Numbered from the stretch's first letter, positions 18,703 to 28,709 are shown. The stretch: DNA of 64,000 nucleotides from an uncultured Actinomycetota bacterium (GCA_964529285.1 CAZGWK010000014.1:3279-67278), one strand, 5' to 3'. Numbers and translations: made by a program. Notes: generated from the letters alone by a model not told the origin.

Positions 18703-19350
18703 CTATTCCCAGACGTATTTATCTTTCTCCTCTGCGGAAGCCTCCTCGACCTGTACGTCAGCTTCTTGGGAGCTTGGCGCCGCGGTCTCCTCAACTACTA
18801 CTTCGCTTTCTGCCACATCCTCCGTATCTTCGGGCAGCACTTCCTTTTCGACTCCCGCGGACTCGGCGGCCGCAGCGAGGTCCGCCCTGGTGGTGTACTC
18901 TTCGTACTCGATGAGGAGGCTCTGGCTCTTGACCAGCAGCTCACGCATGGGTGAAATCTGTTCAACGATCTGGTCGCGGATGGCGGAGAAAGAAGAGAGG
19001 ATATGGCTCTTTTCGCGCTCCAGGTCCTCGAGGATGCGATCGCTGCGGTCCTGGGCTCGCTTGATGATGGCGGCGGCCTGGCTGCGCGCTTCCTGAAGGA
19101 TGTTGCCGGCGCTCCTCTGTGCATTCATCAAAGCGGTCTGCAGCGTTTTCTGCATCTCGTCGAACTGGGAGACCTTGCGGTCCATGCTGGCTACTGCATC
19201 CTCCAGTTCCTTGTTCTTGTTGGCCAGCTTCTCCAGCTCGTCCGCTACCACATCCAGGAAGGAATCTACCTCTTCCTTATCGTAGCCTTCCGTGCTTACC
19301 GTACTGAACTCCTTAAGATGGAGGTCCATCGGGATGATCGCCACTGCCAT
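18703..19350 (-). CDS. divIVA: DivIVA-domain cell-division/polarity protein
   Basis: N-terminal IIPMDLHLKEFSTVSTEGYDKEEVDSFLDVVADELEKL is the DivIVA signature, followed by coiled coil and an acidic tail. Start chosen at MAVA with GAAGGAGGAG upstream. Confidence 0.85.
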   Translation of the reverse strand: MAVAIIPMDLHLKEFSTVSTEGYDKEEVDSFLDVVADELEKLANKNKELEDAVASMDRKVSQFDEMQKTLQTALMNAQRSAGNILQEARSQAAAIIKRAQDRSDRILEDLEREKSHILSSFSAIRDQIVEQISPMRELLVKSQSLLIEYEEYTTRADLAAAAESAGVEKEVLPEDTEDVAESEVVVEETAAPSSQEADVQVEEASAEEKDKYVWE

Positions 19351-19436
19351 CTCCTCCTTCAAGAAGGTCCGCCGCCTCAACGAGGCAGCTTTTCGGCCTC
19401 ACCCTAAAATATATAATCTCGCTGGTTTTTACGCTA

Positions 19437-19520
19437 CTATAACAGCTTTTTCGTCAATTTGCGATAAACCAGGCCAACGTTCACAATCAGGTTCATAGTC
19501 ATACTTGACGGCGTCATCAT
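19437..19520 (-). CDS. Candidate 27-aa hydrophobic/basic peptide (speculative)
   Basis: AAGGAGGAAG lies 10 nt upstream of ATGATG. The product would be MMTPSSMTMNLIVNVGLVYRKLTKKLL. The ORF sits in an AT-rich intergenic region upstream of divIVA. There is no homology support. Confidence 0.2.
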   Translation of the reverse strand: MMTPSSMTMNLIVNVGLVYRKLTKKLL

Positions 19521-19870
19521 TAGTATTCTTCCTCCTTGTCGCTCCGTCCTTCCGCGGCATAACGGCCGAGCCCCGTCCCAGCCCGGACCCGGAGGGTTCA
19601 GTATGGGCGTTTTCGCGTTATTGCGGTAGATCCCATACGCGGTCAACGCCATCTTCACCGAGCCTTGACATGCATTCATATATAATAGATGTTAATGTAG
19701 GCGTATTTCGTTAACTTCCCAGTAATAATGCTGGAAGTGCATTAGGGCAAGCCGCCTTGAAAGTGCCGGATAGTAGCGGTTGGCCGAGAAAGTATGAATA
19801 TCCGCGGCGGCCGGGGGGGCTGGAGCGAGATCGATCCCGTCTGGCGTTGGAGAAAGAGGGGAGAGCATAG

Positions 19871-22800
19871 GTGAGCGGATTCAAGTTACACAAGTCCCGT
19901 TTCGTCAAGCCGAACATCGAGAAGATGGAGGCGAAGAGGGATGTAAACGGCCTCGTGCAGGCCTTGAAGAACGAAAACGTGAATCTTCGCATCAATGCAG
20001 CTCTTGCCCTGGGTAAACTCAAAAGGGCCCGCGCCGTAGCTCCGCTTATCGAGGCGCTCAGGGATGAGGACGAAGACGTGCGCTGGGGAGCGGCATGGGC
20101 GTTGGGGGAGATAGGAAAACCTGCGGCCCGCCCCCTGATCCAGGTCTTGAACGACCAGGATGGCGACGTGAAATGGAAGGCGGCCTGGGCCTTGGAGAAG
20201 ATAGGCAAGCCGGTCGTCGAGTCGCTCATCCAGGCTCTCAAGGTGGAGTCAGGGGAAGCAAAAGCGAAGGTAGCGCTGGTACTCGGCTCGATCGGCGACA
20301 TCAGGTCGGTCAGGCCGCTGGTGCAGGCCTTGAGGGATGAGGACGAGAACGTGCGCTGGGGGGCGGCCTGGGCGCTGGAAAAGATCGGCGGGGCCGCGGC
20401 GAAAGCGCTCGTGAAATCACTGTCCGACGAAGACTATGAGGTGCGCAGGGATGCGGCCGTAGCCCTGGGGATCATCCGCGACGAGACAGCAATAGACCCG
20501 CTCCTGATGGCCATAAGAGATGAGGACGCAGGGGTAAGGCGGGAAGCGGCGACCGCGCTCATCAATATCGGAGATAAGAAATCCATCTCCAGCCTGCGTA
20601 AATTGCTCAAGGACAGCGACGAAGACAAGCGCAGGCTGGCGGCTGCCGTGCTGGGAAGCCTGGGCTGGCAACCAGACGAAGAAGTCGACAAGTTGCAGTT
20701 CCATATAGCCAACCGGCAGTGGAAGGAAGTCATAGGCCTGGGTGAGGAGTCCATGCAGCCTCTCCTGAAAGCCCTGAAAGAGGAGAGCTGGGAGGTGCGC
20801 AGACAGGCAGCCCTCGCCCTCAGGGAAAAGGGCGAGCCCATGATAGGGGCGCTTGTGGACGCGATGGACGACGAGGATGAAGATGTGCGCCGCGAGGCGG
20901 CACTGGTCTTCAAGGAACTCGGTGACGAAACAACCCTCGACGAGCTCATCTCGGCCCTCGGAAATCAGGATTGGTTCGTGCGCCGCAGCGTGGCGCTCAC
21001 CCTTGGAGAGATTGGAAACGACAGGGCGATAGCCCCCCTCATAGAGTCCTTGACCGACGAAGACGAGGACGTACGGCGGGTTGCCGCCTGGGCCCTGGGC
21101 AGGCTCGGGGAGATAGCTGTGGACCCCCTGCTGGAAGCTCTCCGTGACGAGGATGCCAATAAGCGGCGTGGGGCGGCCTGGGCCCTGGGTGTAATCGGGG
21201 ACGCAAAGGCCTGCGATCTTTTGATCGCGGCTTTGAAGGACGGGGACGAAGACGTCCGGCGCGGCGCCGCCTGGGCCTTGTCGGAGATCGGGGAGGAAGC
21301 GAAAGAACGGTTGAACGAGGCCCTGGCCGACGAGGATATCAGGGATATCATAGAGGAGATCCTGATAAAACTGGGCGCCAAGGTAGAAGCCGAGGTCAGA
21401 CAGCCGGAACTGGCGAGCGAGGTCTCCATGGCCAGGGAGGCGGGTCTCGAGGAAAAAGTTGAGGCGCCCGCGCAGCCAGAAGCCGGGGAGAAAGAAGAGG
21501 AGATAGCGGAGGTTACCTCCGCGGTGATGGACAAGCTGGGCTGGAAGCAGGATGACGAAAGCGGGAAAGCGGATTATTTCATCGCCAAGAGGCAGTGGGA
21601 CCAGGTCACCGAACTGGGAGACGACGCCGTAGATCCGCTTATCCAGGCGCTCGGGGACGCCGACGAAGAGGTTCGCGGAAGGGCGGCCTGGGCCCTGGGC
21701 GTCATCGGTAATGTAAGAGCCATAGAACCCCTCGTGGAGAGGTTGGGGGACGCCGAGAGGGACGTCAGGGTGAAATCGGCGGGAGCTTTGAAAAAGATCG
21801 GGGAAGCATCCGTAGACCCCCTTATAGAAGCGCTCGGATCCGAGGATGCGGAATTGCGTAAAGAAGCGGCGCGCGTACTGGGCGAGATAAGGGATATACG
21901 AGCTACCGCGCCTCTTATCAGGGCGCTCCGGGACGAAGACGAAAAAGTTCGCGGAAGGGTCGCGAATGCCTTGGAAAAAATAGGTAAACCTGCCATAGAA
22001 TCGCTCCAGGAGGCCCTGCACGACGAGGATCCCACCGTAAGGCAGCTGGCCTCCTCCATACTGACCAGGTTGGGTTGGAAGCCGTCGGAGGTGGAACTGC
22101 CGTCCGAGCCCGGGTTGCCCGCCGCCGAAGAGCTGCCCCTGATGCCGGAGATGCCCCCGGTAGGGGAGGAAGCCGTAAGGGAGACAGTGCCGGAAACGGC
22201 GTGGGAACCCGAGAAGGTCGAGGCCGCCGAGGAAGAGGAAACGGCCGCCGAAGAAGTCCCCGTGCCGGAATTGCCTATCATACCCATGGCACCCGTAGAG
22301 GAAGTGGCCCCGGAGAGCAGGGCGAGGAGGCTGATCCTGGACGGAAAATGGGAACAGGTTGTCGCTTTGGGCGAGGAAGCACTGGAGACGCTCCTGGAAG
22401 CCCTCGAAATGGAGGATCCGGACGTACGCCGGGGGTCGGCGTGGGCCCTGGGAGTGATAAGGGACAAGAGGGCTACGGAGCACTTGATCGCGGTCCTGGA
22501 CGACCCGGATACCTCGGTTCGCCGCGGTGTTGCCTGGGCGTTGGGAGTCATAGGCGATCCCGAAGCCACTATGGCACTTACCGCTTCTCTGGGCGACGAG
22601 GACGCCGAGATGAGGAGGAAGACGGCGTGGGCCCTGGGGGAGATCGGCGACGAGCGGGCCGTGGAGCCGCTCATCGCAGCCCTGCGCGACGAGGATGAGG
22701 ACGTACGCAGGGTGTCACTGCTCGTACTGGAAAAGCTGGGATGGCAGCCTCCCAGTGAGGCCGAGGAGATAAGAAGGCTCATCGCCGAGCGGCAGTGGGA

Positions 22801-24190
22801 CCGCCTGGCGGGATTGGGAGACGTGGCGGTGGAATCACTGATGCAGGCCTTGCGGGATGGAGACAGGGACACGCGCTTGAAGGCGGCCTGGGCCCTGGGG
22901 GAGATAGGCGACGAGCGGGCCCTCAATACGCTGATCCTTGCGCTGGACGATATAGAGGCGTCGGTACGGGAGAAAGCGGCGCTGGCGCTGGGAATGATGG
23001 GTGACGAAGGCGCCGTCGGTCAACTCATCAGGACCACCGAGGATGGCGACGAAAATGTGCGCGCGGCCGCCGCGGCAGCCCTGAAAGATCTGGGTTGGGA
23101 GCCCGAACCCGTCGTCCAGGAAATCACCGTAGAGGAGGTCACCGTAGAGGAGGTAGCGGAAACCGCGTGGGAGCCCGAGAAGGTGGAACCCGCGCCGGCA
23201 CCCGAGCCAGCGGTACGCGAGGAAATCACCGTAGAGGAGGTGGCGGAAACCGCGTGGGAGCCCGAGAAGGTGGAACCCGCGCCGGCACCCGAGCCAGCGG
23301 TACGCGAGGAAATCACCGTAGAGGAGGTCACCGTCGAGATAACGGAAACGGTACTGGAGCCCGCCCGGGTCCTCACTCCCGACGAGGAAGCGCGGAGATT
23401 GATAAGCGAGGGCAAGTGGACGGATGTGGTCGACATCGGAGAGGCCGCGGTAGTTCCTCTCATCCATGCCCTGGTGGATGCGGACTGGAGCGTACGCAGA
23501 AAAGCAGCCAGGGCCCTCGGGGAGATAGGCGAGTCAGCAGTCGATGAACTGCTCAAGGTGCTGAAGAGCCCCGATGAGGACGTACGCGCCCTGGCGGCTG
23601 AGGTACTCTCCAGGCTGGGGGTGGAAACCGGAGACGAAGCCGAAAAGGCTCGCCGTCTCATCGCCGCCAGGAAGTGGGACGAGGTCGCCAAGATCGGATA
23701 TCCTGCCGTCAACGCACTCGTGCACGCCTTGAATACCGAGGATTCCGAGGCGCGCAAGCAGGCGGCGGCGGTGCTGGGTGTCCTGGGCGACGAACGGGCC
23801 CTGGAAGCGCTCGCTGGAGCGCTCAAGGACAGCGATACCGACGTGAGGAGGAAGGCGGCATGGGCCCTGGGAAAGATAGGGGACGAACGCGTGGTCGAGC
23901 CCCTCATGGAGGCGATCGCGGACGAGGACGCAGACGTTCGCGCCAGGGCCGCGTCAGTGCTGGACCGACTGGACCGTGTGCCAACCGAAGGCAGAGAAAA
24001 GGCCGCCTACCTTATCGCGAAGAAGAAATGGGACAAACTCGCTGAGCTCGGTGACGCGGCGGTCGGTCCCCTCGAGGCAAGGCTCGAAGACGAAGACGAG
24101 CAAGTGCGCGAAGAGGCGCGGTGGATACTGAACGAGATAAAGAGCGCAAAGGAGCTGGAAGCCCTCTTCGGGAGCCTGAAGAGGGAATGA
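19871..24190 (+). CDS. Giant HEAT-repeat (PBS-lyase HEAT-like) protein, 1439 aa
   Basis: Dozens of copies of the 31-aa motif LIxALxDEDxxVRxxAAWALGxIGDxRAVEPL, separated by acidic Glu/Pro linkers. GTG start after GAGGGGAG. Confidence 0.85.
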   Translation: MSGFKLHKSRFVKPNIEKMEAKRDVNGLVQALKNENVNLRINAALALGKLKRARAVAPLIEALRDEDEDVRWGAAWALGEIGKPAARPLIQVLNDQDGDVKWKAAWALEKIGKPVVESLIQALKVESGEAKAKVALVLGSIGDIRSVRPLVQALRDEDENVRWGAAWALEKIGGAAAKALVKSLSDEDYEVRRDAAVALGIIRDETAIDPLLMAIRDEDAGVRREAATALINIGDKKSISSLRKLLKDSDEDKRRLAAAVLGSLGWQPDEEVDKLQFHIANRQWKEVIGLGEESMQPLLKALKEESWEVRRQAALALREKGEPMIGALVDAMDDEDEDVRREAALVFKELGDETTLDELISALGNQDWFVRRSVALTLGEIGNDRAIAPLIESLTDEDEDVRRVAAWALGRLGEIAVDPLLEALRDEDANKRRGAAWALGVIGDAKACDLLIAALKDGDEDVRRGAAWALSEIGEEAKERLNEALADEDIRDIIEEILIKLGAKVEAEVRQPELASEVSMAREAGLEEKVEAPAQPEAGEKEEEIAEVTSAVMDKLGWKQDDESGKADYFIAKRQWDQVTELGDDAVDPLIQALGDADEEVRGRAAWALGVIGNVRAIEPLVERLGDAERDVRVKSAGALKKIGEASVDPLIEALGSEDAELRKEAARVLGEIRDIRATAPLIRALRDEDEKVRGRVANALEKIGKPAIESLQEALHDEDPTVRQLASSILTRLGWKPSEVELPSEPGLPAAEELPLMPEMPPVGEEAVRETVPETAWEPEKVEAAEEEETAAEEVPVPELPIIPMAPVEEVAPESRARRLILDGKWEQVVALGEEALETLLEALEMEDPDVRRGSAWALGVIRDKRATEHLIAVLDDPDTSVRRGVAWALGVIGDPEATMALTASLGDEDAEMRRKTAWALGEIGDERAVEPLIAALRDEDEDVRRVSLLVLEKLGWQPPSEAEEIRRLIAERQWDRLAGLGDVAVESLMQALRDGDRDTRLKAAWALGEIGDERALNTLILALDDIEASVREKAALALGMMGDEGAVGQLIRTTEDGDENVRAAAAAALKDLGWEPEPVVQEITVEEVTVEEVAETAWEPEKVEPAPAPEPAVREEITVEEVAETAWEPEKVEPAPAPEPAVREEITVEEVTVEITETVLEPARVLTPDEEARRLISEGKWTDVVDIGEAAVVPLIHALVDADWSVRRKAARALGEIGESAVDELLKVLKSPDEDVRALAAEVLSRLGVETGDEAEKARRLIAARKWDEVAKIGYPAVNALVHALNTEDSEARKQAAAVLGVLGDERALEALAGALKDSDTDVRRKAAWALGKIGDERVVEPLMEAIADEDADVRARAASVLDRLDRVPTEGREKAAYLIAKKKWDKLAELGDAAVGPLEARLEDEDEQVREEARWILNEIKSAKELEALFGSLKRE
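23120..23335 (+). repeat. In-frame 87-bp tandem repeat inside the HEAT gene
   Basis: The units starting at 23135 and 23222 differ at 1 of 87 nt (GTA/GTG). They encode EEVAETAWEPEKVEPAPAPEPAVREEITV twice. A 15-nt (EEVTV) extra copy lies at the 5' side and a partial unit begins at 23309. Confidence 0.85.
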
Positions 24191-24281
24191 ACCTCCACGC
24201 GTGCCCCATCGGAATATCGACACCATCACCAGCCACGGAGACGTAGTGCTGTCGTAATGAGGAAATAAGTTCGGGAGGGAC

Positions 24282-24785
24282 ATGGAAACGGAAAAATGCA
24301 TCCGCGAACGGCGCAGCGTACGCAGGTATGCGGAGGGCAGAATAAGCGAGGAGGATATTGCGGCCATCCTGGAGGCGGCCAGGTGGGCTCCCTCGGGCTT
24401 GAACAACCAGCCCTGGCGGGTGGCCGTAGTAGAGGACAGGGACAAGGCTGAAGAAATCGCGGCCTGCACGAAATATTCATCCATAGTAGCGGGAGCGCCG
24501 CTGCTGCTCGCGGTCTTCCTGGATCGGGAAGCATCCTACGACCGCGACAAGGACCTCATGGCCGTCGGGGCCTTTATTCAGAACGCCTTACTCACCATAC
24601 ACTCCAGGGGATTGGGAGCGGTTTGGCTTGGTGAGATCCTGAACCAGAAGGACAGCGTAGCCCGCATACTCGAGGTTCCCGGGGATATGGAGCTCGTGGC
24701 GGTGCTGGCCATTGGAAAGCCGTCGGGAGAGCCGGGCGCAGGCTCCCGCAGGGAGCTGGAAGAGCTGATTATAAGACGCCTGTAG
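24282..24785 (+). CDS. Nitroreductase-family FMN oxidoreductase
   Basis: N-terminal CIRERRSVRRY, APSGLNNQPWR, and the size fit the nitroreductase fold. GGGAGGGA RBS. Confidence 0.85.
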   Translation: METEKCIRERRSVRRYAEGRISEEDIAAILEAARWAPSGLNNQPWRVAVVEDRDKAEEIAACTKYSSIVAGAPLLLAVFLDREASYDRDKDLMAVGAFIQNALLTIHSRGLGAVWLGEILNQKDSVARILEVPGDMELVAVLAIGKPSGEPGAGSRRELEELIIRRL

Positions 24786-24789
24786 CGGC

Positions 24790-26346
24790 TCAGGTTACCC
24801 GGCGTTCCTTCACTCCCCAGAATGCCTCCCGCACCTGCATGGCGTCTATCTTCATGATCGGCGTTTTAGGCAGCGCAGCAACGAACTTTACGATGCGGGG
24901 GCACTTATAACCCGCCAGACGTTCCCTGCAGAAGGAAACCAGATCATCGGCGTCCAGGGAGCCACCCTCTTTCAGCACGACGACCGCTGCCACCGTCTCT
25001 CCCCATGTCTCGTCGGGGGCGCTGACTACGGCGGCCTCGCTAACCGCTGGATGCTCGTAGATAACGTCTTCCACCTCCTTGGGATATACGTTCTCACCCC
25101 CGGTGATGATCATGAACTGCTTGCGGTCGACGATGAACAGGTAGCGGTCCTCGTCGAAGTAACCCATGTCGTTGGAGTGCAACCAGCCGTTGCGGATACG
25201 GTCGGCGGTCTGTTCGGGATCTCTCCAGTACCCTTTCATGACGTTGGGACCTCTGATCACGATCTCTCCCACCTCGCCCGGGGGCAACTCCGTGCCCTCC
25301 TCATCAACCACCCTGACCTCGTTGTGCAGGGCCTCCCTGCCGGCGGACTGCAGCCGTTTTGCGGCGGTTGGGTCGCTCGAGAGTACGTGGGCCTCGGATC
25401 CCAGTACGGTGGCCAGGAGGGTGCACTCGGTAAGGCCGTATCCCTGGGAGAACCTGGGTTGCATGCTCGCGAGGCACTTCTCCAGGACGGCTGTGGGTAT
25501 GGGGGAGCCGCCGTAAGTGACGTTGCGCAGAGACGAGAAGTCGTAGTCCTCGAAGTCGGGGTCGTTGACTATCCAGTTGAGGAGGACGGGAACCAGGTTT
25601 ATATGCGTGATCCCCTCCCTTGTGAAGAGCCCCATGACGTGATGGAGATCGAGGCGCTTGTTGAGAACGGATTTGGCCCCGATATAGTGGGCGATGAGGG
25701 TTTGCCAGATGGTGAGGTGAAAAGGCGGCAGTACCTGGAGGGTCACGTCGTCCGCTGTCAGGTCTCCATAGATGAGGATGGTGCGCATGACGGTGAAGAA
25801 ATTGCGGTGGGTGAGCATGGCGCCCTTGGGAAGCCCGGTCGTTCCCCCCGTATAGGAGATAAGGGCTACCTCGTCCTCGCCGACCTCTATACCCGGTTCG
25901 GCCGCGGAGGATCTTGCGAGGATGTCCTCGTATTCATGCATTCCCGGAACCGGACCGTCGAAGGACACCATCGTCTTCACGTGCTCCATCCTTTCCCGGT
26001 TCTCCTCCACGAAGTCGAGATATTCCGACCCGACGAAGAGGACCCTGGAGCCGGAAATATTTAGGAGGTAAAGCATCTCGTCAGGGCTCAAGCGGTAGTT
26101 GACGGGGGCCATGATCGCACCGATCTTGAAGCTGGCGTAGTAAAGTTCGTAGTACTGGTTGCAGTTTTGCGCCAGCGCGGAGATGGTATCGCCGGTCCCG
26201 AAGCCCTGGTGCAGAAGCCAGTTTGCGAGGCGGTTGATCCTGTCGTTCAAAGCCGACCAGCTGATCCTCCGGTCCTCGAAGACCAGGGCCTCCCTGGAGG
26301 GGGACAGACCGGCGTATCTCTTTGGTATATCTCCCAGGGTCCTCAT
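24790..26346 (-). CDS. AMP-dependent acyl-CoA synthetase
   Basis: YTGGTTGLPKGAMLTHRN adenylation motif and C-terminal PKTPIMKI. The start lies 1 nt after the stop of the upstream OYE gene. Confidence 0.9.
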   Translation of the reverse strand: MRTLGDIPKRYAGLSPSREALVFEDRRISWSALNDRINRLANWLLHQGFGTGDTISALAQNCNQYYELYYASFKIGAIMAPVNYRLSPDEMLYLLNISGSRVLFVGSEYLDFVEENRERMEHVKTMVSFDGPVPGMHEYEDILARSSAAEPGIEVGEDEVALISYTGGTTGLPKGAMLTHRNFFTVMRTILIYGDLTADDVTLQVLPPFHLTIWQTLIAHYIGAKSVLNKRLDLHHVMGLFTREGITHINLVPVLLNWIVNDPDFEDYDFSSLRNVTYGGSPIPTAVLEKCLASMQPRFSQGYGLTECTLLATVLGSEAHVLSSDPTAAKRLQSAGREALHNEVRVVDEEGTELPPGEVGEIVIRGPNVMKGYWRDPEQTADRIRNGWLHSNDMGYFDEDRYLFIVDRKQFMIITGGENVYPKEVEDVIYEHPAVSEAAVVSAPDETWGETVAAVVVLKEGGSLDADDLVSFCRERLAGYKCPRIVKFVAALPKTPIMKIDAMQVREAFWGVKERRVT

Positions 26347-26347
26347 G

Positions 26348-27742
26348 TCATCTACCGCCCTCTGGATCCTCGAGGCCTCCCCTTCTGTCCAGGAACCTCT
26401 CTATCTTGCTGCGCCGCCGCGGAGAGTTCACCGGCCAGTTCTCGGGCATGTATTTCTCGTAGCCCACCAGGGGGTTGACGGTGCAGCTGACCTTTGTGGC
26501 CTCGAAGATGGAGAGCAGGCAGTTACAGCATCGAGTGCATCTCACGATATCCTTCACGCGGCCGGCCCTGACCTTTTTCGGCCAGTCGGGATCGGCCACC
26601 AGCGCGCGCGCCAGGGAGATTATATCCGTCACGCCCTCCTCTATTGCCCTGACGGCGTTGGCGGGATCGTGTATTCCCGGGACCAGTACGGGGATGTCGA
26701 AATGTTCCTTGAAGCTGCGTGCGTGCCGGTTCATCATGTCGTCCTCATAGGGAAACATGGTGTTGCAGGCGTCGTAACAGCCGGCGGAGGTGTTGATATA
26801 GTCGATATATGGCTCGCACATCTTCAGCACTTCCAGCACCGCCTCGTGATGCAAGCCGCCGGGCAACTCCTCGTCGCCGGATATGCGCATGCCGATGCAG
26901 AAGTCCTCGCCGCAGGCATCTCTCGCCTTCCTGAGCATGTTGACGATGTGACGAGCCCGGTTCTCCAGGCTGCCCCCGTACTCGTCCTTCCTGCGGTTGG
27001 TCCGGGGAGAGAGAAAATTCGCGCCCAGGTATCCGTGGGAGGTATGGAGTTCGACGCCGTCACCCTCCATCTCCTTGACCAGGAGAGCCGCCGCGGCGAA
27101 CCTGTCCTCCAGGTAGACGATCTCGTGGTGTTCCAGGGCCCTGGGTATCTCGCCGTCGATGAGGGACCTTATCTTGGGGCTTCTCTCGCCGATCAAGTCA
27201 TAGACCATCTTCTCGAAGGCATAGTACTCATCGTCGCTCAACCCCTCCACGACGTCGATATCAATGAGCTTCATCTCATCCGGGAAACGCGACCGCAGCC
27301 CCTTGTAAAAGGACCGCACCGAATAGCGCATGTCCACCTTGTGAGCGACGGCGGAGGGTGCGGCGGAGGGCACACCGCTGGCCACGTGATGCTTTCCCTG
27401 ATATCCGAAACCGGTCATCAGCTGGCATATGACCTTGCAGTCGTAGTCATGCACCGCTCGCGCCATCTCGTTGAAGATGCGGCCGTAGCGGAGATCGCTC
27501 ATGCGCGCGTTGACGGTATGGGAGGTGCCATGCCAGTCGTCGGAGATGGGCACGGTGGCCTCGGTGATAACGGCGCTCACACCTCCCCTGGCCCTGGAGA
27601 CGTACCAGGCCTGGGTCTGTTCGTCCCCGAAACCCTCCGGATCGGACATGATCATATTCATGGGCGACATCACCAGGCGGTTCTTGAGCTCCAGTTTCCC
27701 GTTGAGCGAGATGGGTTCGAAAAGCAAGTCATAGCCTGACAT
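26348..27742 (-). CDS. OYE/FadH-like FMN oxidoreductase with C-terminal [4Fe-4S] motif, lacking the FAD/NAD(P)H domain (paralog 1, 464 aa)
   Basis: N-terminal LKNRLVMSPMN OYE motif, HTSHGYLGANFLSPRTNRRKDEYGGS, and the cluster motif CTRCCNC...C..NP. The protein ends about 45 aa later. Confidence 0.85.
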   Translation of the reverse strand: MSGYDLLFEPISLNGKLELKNRLVMSPMNMIMSDPEGFGDEQTQAWYVSRARGGVSAVITEATVPISDDWHGTSHTVNARMSDLRYGRIFNEMARAVHDYDCKVICQLMTGFGYQGKHHVASGVPSAAPSAVAHKVDMRYSVRSFYKGLRSRFPDEMKLIDIDVVEGLSDDEYYAFEKMVYDLIGERSPKIRSLIDGEIPRALEHHEIVYLEDRFAAAALLVKEMEGDGVELHTSHGYLGANFLSPRTNRRKDEYGGSLENRARHIVNMLRKARDACGEDFCIGMRISGDEELPGGLHHEAVLEVLKMCEPYIDYINTSAGCYDACNTMFPYEDDMMNRHARSFKEHFDIPVLVPGIHDPANAVRAIEEGVTDIISLARALVADPDWPKKVRAGRVKDIVRCTRCCNCLLSIFEATKVSCTVNPLVGYEKYMPENWPVNSPRRRSKIERFLDRRGGLEDPEGGR

Positions 27743-27838
27743 CTTGCCCCTCCTTAAAATCCGTGGCCGGTCGTATCGACAGGGCCCGCGTACGGTACCG
27801 CGCCGCTTGAGCCGAGAAGGATCGCTCCGGCAGCCATC

Positions 27839-28654
27839 TCATACCCCCTCCATCCTCTCCCTGGCCAGATCGACGATGCCCTTGACCCCCTCGCCGCGCA
27901 TTATGTCTTGAAACTCGCGGTCGGCCTGGTGGCAGTGGGCGAGGATATCCATCTCCGAGCCGAGGACGATGGCGTCCCTGACCCCCAGGCGGTCGTAGAT
28001 AAAACGGAAACAGAACTTACCCAGCCGCACCGTCTCCGGCAGGATCCTGGAGATTATCTCGGCCGTCTCCAGGACATGGTCCTCGAGGCGGTCTCGCGGC
28101 AAGCATTTATTGACCAGTCCGCAATCCTCCGCTTCCCGTCCGTTGAATCCCTTGGTTATCAGGAGCTCCTTCGCCTTGCGCATGCCTATGATCCAGGGAA
28201 GGATGAGAGAGGGAGAGAAGGCGACGCTTACGGTTGAGATGGGCCAGTATGTGAACACGGATTCCTCGGAGCAGAAGGCTGCGTCCGCGAAGCAGCTCAG
28301 CTCTATTCCTCCCGCTATGGCCGTGCCGTCGATCTTGCAGATAACCGGCTTGCTGTAATCCCACCAGCGCTGGTACCAGTCCCGCCTGAGAAATTCCAGG
28401 AATTCCCTCCAGGATTCCTGGGTGGTGGGCGGCGAACCGACGGGGATCTCCTCGGAGATATCATGTCCCGCGCTGAACACCGAACCCTCGGCGTCCAGGA
28501 TCACCACCCTGCATTCCTCGTTCCTCTCGGCCTTTGCCATGGCGTCCCAGACCTCGGACATGAGCTGCTTGCCGAGAGCGTTTCGGCGACCGGGGTCGTT
28601 GAGGGTCAGGCGCGATACGACGCCCTCGCTGAAAAGGATCTTCTCGTATTCCAT
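27839..28654 (-). CDS. Enoyl-CoA hydratase/isomerase (crotonase) family protein
   Basis: LNDPGRRNAL, VVILDAEGSVFSAGHD and GTAIAGGIELSCFADA oxyanion-hole regions. AGGAGGAGG RBS. Confidence 0.85.
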   Translation of the reverse strand: MEYEKILFSEGVVSRLTLNDPGRRNALGKQLMSEVWDAMAKAERNEECRVVILDAEGSVFSAGHDISEEIPVGSPPTTQESWREFLEFLRRDWYQRWWDYSKPVICKIDGTAIAGGIELSCFADAAFCSEESVFTYWPISTVSVAFSPSLILPWIIGMRKAKELLITKGFNGREAEDCGLVNKCLPRDRLEDHVLETAEIISRILPETVRLGKFCFRFIYDRLGVRDAIVLGSEMDILAHCHQADREFQDIMRGEGVKGIVDLARERMEGV

Positions 28655-28691
28655 AATCCGCCTCCTCCTGGTTAACGAGCTTGCATATCAG

Positions 28692-28709
28692 GGAACGATA
28701 TATCATTCC
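28692..28709. promoter_or_regulatory. 18-bp near-perfect palindrome GGAACGATATATCATTCC (candidate operator of the MerR-TetR regulator)
   Basis: Located 38 nt upstream of the crotonase start, directly after a TATAGT hexamer on the minus strand. It matches the perfect palindrome at 46061-46078 in the paralogous control region. Confidence 0.5.

Noticed and set aside
18331-24190. A diversity-generating retroelement, with repeats as template/variable pairs.
   Set aside because: No reverse transcriptase gene is in the window. The duplicated sequences are identical or differ by one synonymous change rather than by adenine-specific substitutions.
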